A stretch of 32,000 nucleotides of DNA from Bdellovibrionales bacterium (GTDB lineage: Bacteria; Bdellovibrionota; Bdellovibrionia; Bdellovibrionales; UBA1609). The position numbers and the translations under genes are program-made. The DNA lies in contig OY843585.1 in NCBI GenBank assembly GCA_963692945.1, positions 570,001-602,000 of the forward strand, in the 5' to 3' direction. Below are positions 26,008 to 32,000 of this stretch, piece after piece; position 1 is the first letter of the stretch, and each line of letters opens with the position of its first letter. A model generated the notes under the pieces. That model made no database searches and had not been told where the DNA came from. It saw nothing but the letters and a program-made list of their open reading frames with translations.

Positions 26008-27126
26008 ATGAAAAAACGAATTGCAATATTTATGACCAGTCTCTTTAATTTTTCTAATGATAAGATAAAAATGTCTCATTTGTTTTTGATGATTTTTTAT
26101 TTTCTCTCGTGTATGTTTTGGTCTCAATTAGTTCAAGCTGGAAAAAAGATAGATTACATAGATTGTGGAGTGAAATTTGTTTGCACTTATAAACTTGTAA
26201 TTCCTTCAAAGTTTGATGATGCTTGGAGTTTTTCTGAAGGTTTGGCAGGAGTTCTAATTCATGGAAAGTGGGGATATATCAACAAGCAAGGAAAGTTTGT
26301 GATTCCTGCAAAGTTTGATAGGGCTTTTAAATTCTCTAAAGGTTTAGCAAGAGTTCTAATCCATGGAAAATCTGGTTTTATCAACAAGAAAGGAAAGTTT
26401 GTGATTCCTCCAAAGTTTAATGATGCTTGGGGATTCTCTGAGGGTTTGGCAAGAATTAAAATCCATGGAAAGTGGGGCTATATCAACGAGACAGGAAAGT
26501 TTGTGATTCCTCCAAAGTTTGATAAGGCTTTTAAATTCTCTGAAGGTTTGGCAGGAGTTCTAATTCATGGAAAATGGGGTTTTATCAACAAGCAAGGAAA
26601 GTTTGTGATTCCTCTGAAGTTTGATATTGTTGGGGAATTTTCTGAAGGTTTAGCAGGAGTTAGAATGAATGGAAGAAATGGTTTTATCAACAAGCAAGGA
26701 AAGTTTGTGATTCCTCCAAAGTTTGATAATTTTGTGGAATTTTCTGAAGGTTTGGCAGAAGTTCAAATTCATGGAAAGTGGGGATATATCAACAAGCAAG
26801 GAAAGATTGTGATTCCTCCAAAGCCAAAGTTTGATTATTTTTTGAAATTCTCTGAAGGTTTGGCAGGAGTTTCAATCCATTTAAAATCTGGTTTTATCAA
26901 CAAGCAAGGAAAGATTGTGATTCCTCCAAAGTTTGATTATTTGTTGAAATTCTCTGAAGGTTTAGCAGGAGTTCTAATTCATGGAAAATGGGGCTATATC
27001 AACAAGCAAGGAAAGTTTGTGATTCCTCCAAAGTTTGATGCTGGTTGGGGATTCTCTGAAGGTTTAGCAGGAGTTAGAACCAATAACAAATGGGGCTACA
27101 TAGAAGTAGAGAAGAAAACTCTTTGA
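26008..27126 (+). CDS. WG-repeat (KWG-type beta-repeat) protein with N-terminal signal/anchor
   Basis: Strong SD 'aaggagg' lies 6 nt before ATG 26008; the tracked ORF starts at 25960. 'FLMIFYFLSCMFWSQLVQA' is followed by nine 34-aa repeats 'KFDxAxxFSEGLAGVxIHGKWGYINKQGKFVIPP'. Confidence 0.85.
   Translation: MKKRIAIFMTSLFNFSNDKIKMSHLFLMIFYFLSCMFWSQLVQAGKKIDYIDCGVKFVCTYKLVIPSKFDDAWSFSEGLAGVLIHGKWGYINKQGKFVIPAKFDRAFKFSKGLARVLIHGKSGFINKKGKFVIPPKFNDAWGFSEGLARIKIHGKWGYINETGKFVIPPKFDKAFKFSEGLAGVLIHGKWGFINKQGKFVIPLKFDIVGEFSEGLAGVRMNGRNGFINKQGKFVIPPKFDNFVEFSEGLAEVQIHGKWGYINKQGKIVIPPKPKFDYFLKFSEGLAGVSIHLKSGFINKQGKIVIPPKFDYLLKFSEGLAGVLIHGKWGYINKQGKFVIPPKFDAGWGFSEGLAGVRTNNKWGYIEVEKKTL
26209..27123 (+). 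repeat. Nine tandem 102-bp coding repeats (WG repeats)
   Basis: Near-identical DNA blocks recur every 102 bp, e.g. 'atcaacaagcaaggaaagtttgtgattcctccaaagtttgat'. One unit is 108 bp. Confidence 0.9.
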
Positions 27127-27215
27127 CCTGTATTTTTTAGCTGTCATAAATTTGTAAAATCTAAAACACAATATTAAAGTTTTATTCTGAAAAAGTTTTT
27201 TCTCGTTAAAAAAAA

Positions 27216-28313
27216 TCAAACTTGAAAAAGAAAGTGTATAACATCACCATCTTGCACTGGATAGTTTTTTCCTTCGGAAGTAATCAATCCTGAGTTTTTT
27301 AAATCTTTTTCTGTTTTGTGTTTAAATAAATTTTCACAAGAGTAAACTTCAGCTCTTATGAATCCTTTTTCAAAATCCGTATGAATCACACCAGCAGCTT
27401 GAGGAGCTAAAGAGCCTTTAGGAATCGTCCAAGCTCGGACTTCTTTTTCTCCTGCTGTAAAAAAAGTAATGAGATTGAGTTGTTCATAAACTTTTCGTAT
27501 CACACGATTCAAAGAAGGCTCTTCTAAACCCATAGAAGATAAAAATTCTTTTTTTTCTTCTGGACTCCATCCTGTCATTTCAGCTTCCAAAGCACAGGAG
27601 ATGCTTATCACTTCTTCTTTTTTTCCACATATTTCTTTAATAAGTTTTTCAGAGGGATTGTCTTTTTTAAAGGAGCCTTCACTTTGATTACAGATATAAA
27701 GAATGGGTTTTAAACTGATAAAACTCAAAGGTTTTATGTATTGCAATTCTTTTTCAGACCACTCCTGAGAACGAAGAGCTTGATTGGCTTTAAGTGATTC
27801 TAAAACTTTTTTTAAAACTTCAGATTCTTCTTTTAAAAGTTTATCTCCAGTTGTTTGTGCAGTCTTATTGATTTTTTGAAATCTTTTATCAGCCACTTCA
27901 AGATCTGCTAAAAGAAGTTCTGTGTTTATAACTTCTATATCTCTTTTAGGGTCTGTATCTCCATAAACATGAGTGATTTGGTCATCTTCAAAACCTCTTA
28001 CAACTTGAAGGAGAGAATCGGTTGAGCGGATGTGAGAAAGAAATTGATTGCCGAGCCCTTCTCCTTGACTTGCTCCTTTCACTAAACCTGCAATATCTAC
28101 AAACTCTAAAACTGTTGGAATAATTTGTTTTGGTTTAATCAAAGAGCTGATTTGATCCAATCTAGTATCAGGAACAATCACACGACCAAGATTGGGTTCT
28201 ATAGTGCAAAAAGGATAGTTGGCTGCTTCGGCTGTTTGAGAATTTGTTAAAGCATTAAAAATAGTGCTTTTACCTGCATTCGGTAAGCCAACAATTCCAC
28301 ATTTTAAACCCAT
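27216..28313 (-). CDS. ychF: Redox-regulated / ribosome-binding ATPase YchF (Obg-like GTPase family)
   Basis: 'MGLKCGIVGLPNAGKSTIFNALT', 'FCTIEPN', 'EFVDIAGLVKGAS.GEGLGNQFL', and a C-terminal TGS-like 'RAWTIPKGSLAPQAAGVIHTDFEKGFIRAEV'. Confidence 0.95.
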   Translation of the reverse strand: MGLKCGIVGLPNAGKSTIFNALTNSQTAEAANYPFCTIEPNLGRVIVPDTRLDQISSLIKPKQIIPTVLEFVDIAGLVKGASQGEGLGNQFLSHIRSTDSLLQVVRGFEDDQITHVYGDTDPKRDIEVINTELLLADLEVADKRFQKINKTAQTTGDKLLKEESEVLKKVLESLKANQALRSQEWSEKELQYIKPLSFISLKPILYICNQSEGSFKKDNPSEKLIKEICGKKEEVISISCALEAEMTGWSPEEKKEFLSSMGLEEPSLNRVIRKVYEQLNLITFFTAGEKEVRAWTIPKGSLAPQAAGVIHTDFEKGFIRAEVYSCENLFKHKTEKDLKNSGLITSEGKNYPVQDGDVIHFLFQV

Positions 28314-28359
28314 TGTATTTTTTCCTTTAGCTCACAAGACCAGTTAACAATTTACTTGT

Positions 28360-28989
28360 TTAATTTTTTTGATTGAATTGATTGCAAGCCTCTTCAAATC
28401 CTTTTTCTATAAAGCCTAAGACAGCCTCTTTGGCTTGACTTAAAAATTTGGGAATTTGTTCCATTTCTTTTTTGTTAAAAGGGGATAGAACAAATTCTGA
28501 TGTAGGAGATGTATTCAGGTTGAAGGGATTAAAATGATTTTTATTAAAAGATGAGTCAGAACTGGTATGGGTTTCAGATTTTTCAGTAGGAATAGATTGA
28601 ATTCCTAATTTTAATCTTGTGTAATTATCTGATTTAAGATGTTCATGAATATTTTTAATTCCATTATGTCCACCATGACCTCTAGATTTTTGGAATTTAA
28701 TACTTAAAAAATTTTGATCTTTATCATCTTGTATAACTAAAATGTTTTCTAAAGGTATTTTATAAAAATCAACTATTTCACGAACAGCCTCTCCTGAAAG
28801 ATTCATAAAGGTTTGGGGTTTCACTAAGAGAACAGTGTGTTGGGACATTTGTGTTTTTTGAATGAGACTTTTATATTTCTTTTGAAAAGAATCCGATTCA
28901 GAAAGACTATCAATAAGCATGAAACCAATATTGTGGCGAGTGAATAGATATTTGTTTCCAGGATTGCCTAAACCAACAATAAGTTTCAT
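28360..28989 (-). CDS. pth: Peptidyl-tRNA hydrolase
   Basis: 'MKLIVGLGNPGNKYLFTRHNIGFM', 'FMNLSGEAV', 'GHGGHNGIKNI'. An approximately 35-aa Ser/Thr/Asn-rich insertion lies near the C-terminus. Confidence 0.9.
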   Translation of the reverse strand: MKLIVGLGNPGNKYLFTRHNIGFMLIDSLSESDSFQKKYKSLIQKTQMSQHTVLLVKPQTFMNLSGEAVREIVDFYKIPLENILVIQDDKDQNFLSIKFQKSRGHGGHNGIKNIHEHLKSDNYTRLKLGIQSIPTEKSETHTSSDSSFNKNHFNPFNLNTSPTSEFVLSPFNKKEMEQIPKFLSQAKEAVLGFIEKGFEEACNQFNQKN

Positions 28990-29018
28990 AGATTTATAGA
29001 GTCCAAGAAAAACAATAT

Positions 29019-29711
29019 TTATTTTTTAGAAGAATCATCGTCTTTTTTATTAGTTGGAGCAGCTGGTGTTTCTTGTTCTGATGGAGTTTCTGTTGAAGCT
29101 TCGGCTGTTGCTCCTTCTGTAACTTCTGGTTTAACTTCTACTTCTTCTTCTATAGATGCAACGGTGCAAAGAGTTCTTGTTGGTTTTGTAATAAGTTTTA
29201 AATCTTTGGATAATTTTAAATCTGACACATGAAAGTTTTCATTGAGTCCAAGGCTAGAGACATCTAACTCTAAAGAAGGAGGAATTTTGTCAGGTAGGCA
29301 TTCTATCTCAACATTTCTGAGAACTGTATTAAAGACACCACCTTCTTCTTTAACACCTTTTGGAGTGCCTTTAAAAATGATTTCTACATTAACACGAATC
29401 ACGGCTTTCATATCCAAAGATAGGAAATCCATATGAATAGGAAAGCGATTGATTTTATGAATGCTTATGTCTTTTCTGATAACTTTTAGTCCATTTAAAT
29501 TTTTGTCTTTTGATTGAAGAGTGAAAATTTTATTGTCATATTCTTTTTTATAAAACTTATCAGCTAATTTTTTATCTAGTGCAAAAGCTAAGTTTTTTTG
29601 TTTAGGTCCATAAACAATAGCTGGAATTTGTTTTGATTTACGTAATTGTTTATTTTGCTTTCCACGAGTTGTTCGGGGTGTAACAGCAATAACTAATTCC
29701 TTAAGATCCAT
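29019..29711 (-). CDS. rplY: 50S ribosomal protein L25 / general stress protein Ctc
   Basis: 'RTTRGKQNKQLRKSKQIPAIVYG', 'DFLSLD', and an acidic low-complexity C-terminal tail. It sits between prs and pth, as in the classic prs-ctc-pth arrangement. Confidence 0.9.
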   Translation of the reverse strand: MDLKELVIAVTPRTTRGKQNKQLRKSKQIPAIVYGPKQKNLAFALDKKLADKFYKKEYDNKIFTLQSKDKNLNGLKVIRKDISIHKINRFPIHMDFLSLDMKAVIRVNVEIIFKGTPKGVKEEGGVFNTVLRNVEIECLPDKIPPSLELDVSSLGLNENFHVSDLKLSKDLKLITKPTRTLCTVASIEEEVEVKPEVTEGATAEASTETPSEQETPAAPTNKKDDDSSKK

Positions 29712-29797
29712 TGTTCATCTCCTTTTTTGTATCTTTTACTCTTTTTTTTGAAATTTAACAAGTTTTGATGGCTAGATTTCAAAAAAGACAAAATTTT

Positions 29798-30733
29798 TTA
29801 CTTAAATAAAGTGCTAATTGAGCTTTTATTTGAGATTCTTTTGATCGCTTCTGCTACAAGAGGGGCTATACTGACAGATTGGATTTTTTTGCAGTTTAAT
29901 GCTTCTTTAGAAAGAGGGATTGTATTGGTTACAAGAACTTTTTTTATTGGGCTTTTTTCAATGTATTCTATAGCGGGTCCTGAAAAAACAGGATGAGTGG
30001 CAATGGCCATAACTTCCTTAGCCCCACATTCCAATAATTTTAAAGAGGCTTCACAAAGGGTTCCTCCTGTATCAATCATGTCATCTAAAATGATCGCTGT
30101 TTTACCCTTAACTTCTCCCACTAAGTGCATTGCTTTTGCTTTGTTGGTTCCCACCCTTCTTTTATCAATCATGGCTATATTAGAACCTTTAATTTTTTTG
30201 GCAAAATAACGAGCTCTTTCCATACCTCCTGCATCGGGGCTTACAATGGTGACTTCTTGATTTTTATGTTCTGCTAACCAAGCTTCTGCTAGGGTAGGGC
30301 TTGCAAAAAGATTATCCACAGGCATATTGAAAAAACCTTGTATTTGAGCCGCATGTAAGTCCATAACGAGAAGGCGATGAGCTCCTGCTACAGAACACAT
30401 GTCCGCCATACATTTTGCAGAGATAGGAACACGGGGTGCCGACTTTCTATCTTGTCTGGAGTAGCCATAATAAGGCATAACAAGGGTTATTTCAGAAGCA
30501 GAGGCTCTTTTTAGAGCATCTAAAATCAGAAAAAGTTCCATATAGTTTTCATTCACTGGACGGCAAGTGCTTTGAATAACAAAAACATTAGAACCTCTTA
30601 TATTGTCTTCAATTTCTACAAAAATTTCGCCATCGGCAAAACGAGAAATCTTTAGATTTCCAAGTTTGTTGTTGGTATAAAAAGCAACAGATTCAGCAAA
30701 AGAAGGGTTTGAAGTTCCAGAAAATATTTTCAT
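29798..30733 (-). CDS. prs: Ribose-phosphate pyrophosphokinase
   Basis: 'MKIFSGTSNPSFAE', 'RFADGEIFVEI', 'VMPYYGYSRQDRK', 'DLHAAQIQGFF', 'ILDDMIDTGGTL'. Confidence 0.95.
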   Translation of the reverse strand: MKIFSGTSNPSFAESVAFYTNNKLGNLKISRFADGEIFVEIEDNIRGSNVFVIQSTCRPVNENYMELFLILDALKRASASEITLVMPYYGYSRQDRKSAPRVPISAKCMADMCSVAGAHRLLVMDLHAAQIQGFFNMPVDNLFASPTLAEAWLAEHKNQEVTIVSPDAGGMERARYFAKKIKGSNIAMIDKRRVGTNKAKAMHLVGEVKGKTAIILDDMIDTGGTLCEASLKLLECGAKEVMAIATHPVFSGPAIEYIEKSPIKKVLVTNTIPLSKEALNCKKIQSVSIAPLVAEAIKRISNKSSISTLFK

Positions 30734-30803
30734 TTTTATAAATCCTTTTTCTTTTTAGGCTTCTTCTTTTCATACAATAATTTTTTTGAGATGTCTATTT
30801 TAT

Positions 30804-30931
30804 AAAACTCTAGTTCAGGCTCTAATACCCTTTTCTTTTTAGGAGATTTTCGTCGTGAGAGGGATACTCCTCAAACACCTAAAAAGAAAAGGATTCTTAC
30901 TTAGTGAGCTAGAGAAAACCTACTGGTTTTT
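30804..30931 (+). repeat. Intergenic hairpin repeat element, copy 2
   Basis: Head 'aaaactctagttca' at 30804..30817. Perfect 15-bp inverted repeat 30829..30843 'ccttttctttttagg' / 30878..30892 'cctaaaaagaaaagg'. The loop 'ttttcgtcgtgagagggatactcctcaaa' resembles the copy-1 loop. Tail 'tgagctagagaaaacctactggttttt' at 30905..30931 abuts and overlaps the rdgB stop. Confidence 0.75.
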
Positions 30932-31562
30932 AGGTATTCAGAGAGAGGGATTTTTTTAGTTTTTCTAAAACTTGCGTTCTATGTGAAATTTTTTCTTTAA
31001 ACTCTGGAGTCAGTTCTCCAAAACTTCGTGTTTCTCCCTCAGGAATAAACAGAGGATCATAACCAAATCCGTTTGCTCCTCTTTCCTCAAAACCTATTGA
31101 ACCTCTACATACACCTTGAAAAAACAATTTATTACCACTAGGAGAAAGACAAGATTAACTTGAGATGTAAAGAGCACAAATGTATTGTGCTTTTCTAGAT
31201 TTTTTACCTTTTAAATTATGGAGTAAAAGCTGATTGTTTTTTTGATCTGTCGTCTGTTCCCCTCCATACCGAGCTGAAAAAATTCCAGGAGCTTTATTTA
31301 AAGCTTCCACTTCTAAGCCACTGTCTTCTCCTAAAATCCATATTTCTTTATTGAGAGGATTATCCTTTTGATTCAAAAAAGTGAGAAGTTGAAAAGATTT
31401 GATTTCAGCATTTTCTTTAAAAGAATTTCCAGTTTCTTCTGGAGGTGTATAATTTTTGAGATCTTTTAAGCTTTTAAAAATTAAAGAAGGTTGATTTTTA
31501 AAAAAAGATTCGATCTCTTTGATTTTATGAGAGTTGGTTGTTGCTAGCCAAAAAATAAGCAT
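30930..31562 (-). pseudogene. rdgB: dITP/XTP pyrophosphatase (RdgB/HAM1 family) interrupted by one in-frame TAA
   Basis: ORFs 31155..31562 ('ATTNSHKIKEI...EDSGLEVEALNKAPGIFSARY') and 30930..31127 ('RGANGFGYDPLFIP...KISHRTQVL') are the N- and C-terminal parts of one HAM1 protein. They share a reading frame. The only interruption is TAA at 31155..31157; 9 sense codons then lead to the second tracked ORF. Confidence 0.7.
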
Positions 31563-32000
31563 TATTTTTTTTCAAAAAAAGGAGAAATGATTTCTGATTG
31601 TTTTTTGAATAACTCCTTACAACCAGATTGAGCAACTTCTATCATATCTGAAAGTTGATTTTGAGAGAAAGTCTTTTTTTCTGCTGTTCCTTGTATTTCA
31701 ATGAATTGATTTTCATCCGTCATAACAAAATTCATATCTGTTTCGCAACTTTGATCTTCTTTACAATCAAGGTCTAAAAAAATCTTAGAATCTAAAATAC
31801 CAACACTTACTGCCGATACATAATTTTTTAGTGGAAGTGTTTTTATAAGAGATTTTTTCGTCAAATGGTTTAAAGCTAAACTAAGAGCTACAAAACCTCC
31901 TGTAATAGCTGCTGTTCGTGTTCCTCCATCCGCTTGTAAAACATCGCAATCTACATGTATCATTCTTTCCCCTAATTGTGAGAGATCTACAACAGCTCTT
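31562..32000 (-). CDS. rph: Ribonuclease PH (3' portion; gene continues past the window edge)
   Basis: 'RAVVDLSQLGERMIHVDCDVLQADGGTRTAAITGGFVAL'. The frame stays open from 31963 to 32000, so ATG 31963 is internal. The stop overlaps the rdgB start by 1 nt (TAATG). Confidence 0.9.
   Translation of the reverse strand, partial: RAVVDLSQLGERMIHVDCDVLQADGGTRTAAITGGFVALSLALNHLTKKSLIKTLPLKNYVSAVSVGILDSKIFLDLDCKEDQSCETDMNFVMTDENQFIEIQGTAEKKTFSQNQLSDMIEVAQSGCKELFKKQSEIISPFFEKK

Noticed and set aside
21100-27123. Tandem repeats (21100..21318 and 26209..27123) considered as possible CRISPR arrays
   Set aside because: The repeats are contiguous with no unique spacers. They are in frame inside long ORFs and translate to recognisable peptide repeats. 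No cas genes are present.
31155-31157. In-frame TAA in rdgB as evidence for stop-codon reassignment or an alternative genetic code
   Set aside because: TAA terminates several well-defined genes here (the pentapeptide gene, the giant protease, oppA-like, pth and prs). TGA and TAG also act as stops, and Trp is TGG. Standard code 11 fits the whole window.
1-32000. Window considered as a genomic island, prophage or defence island
   Set aside because: No integrase, transposase, phage structural, restriction-modification, toxin-antitoxin or cas genes were recognised. Composition looks uniform by eye, and conserved operons (prs-ctc-pth-ychF, radA) are interspersed throughout.

Overview
AT-rich (about one-third G+C by eye, not computed) chromosomal window from a Gram-negative-type bacterium. 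It uses the standard code: TAA, TAG and TGA all end well-supported genes. I support about 25 protein-coding genes. I found no rRNA, tRNA, CRISPR array, integrase, transposase or phage genes. The backbone is housekeeping. The minus-strand block is rph / rdgB (with an in-frame stop) / prs / rplY(ctc) / pth / ychF; elsewhere are radA, gor, a Mip-like FKBP and a ZIP metal transporter. A scattered methylthioadenosine-salvage set is present: mtnA plus an aldo-keto reductase, a divergent PNP/UDP-family phosphorylase, and mtaD. The accessory content is mostly envelope or secreted. It includes a 1,903-aa lipoprotein Met-zincin followed by an Opp/Dpp-type binding protein and two permeases with no ATPase genes. 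It also includes a 9-repeat WG protein, a signal-peptide pentapeptide-repeat protein, a signal-peptide Leu-dehydrogenase-like protein, an SLT-like protein and an AmpD-like amidase. The points most worth a second look are: (1) a family of about 110-145 bp intergenic hairpin elements with conserved flanks and loop but unrelated, self-complementary stems, found at gene 3' ends; (2) a Flp-pilin-like G-X4-EY segment fused in frame to the amidase; (3) the giant metalloprotease with about 1,000 aa of unrecognisable C-terminal sequence; (4) an apparently exported amino-acid dehydrogenase with a 42-codon C-terminal duplication; (5) a single in-frame TAA splitting rdgB. I do not see a clear multi-gene defence or mobile system. 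All family calls come from motif recognition by eye and need HMM or BLAST confirmation.
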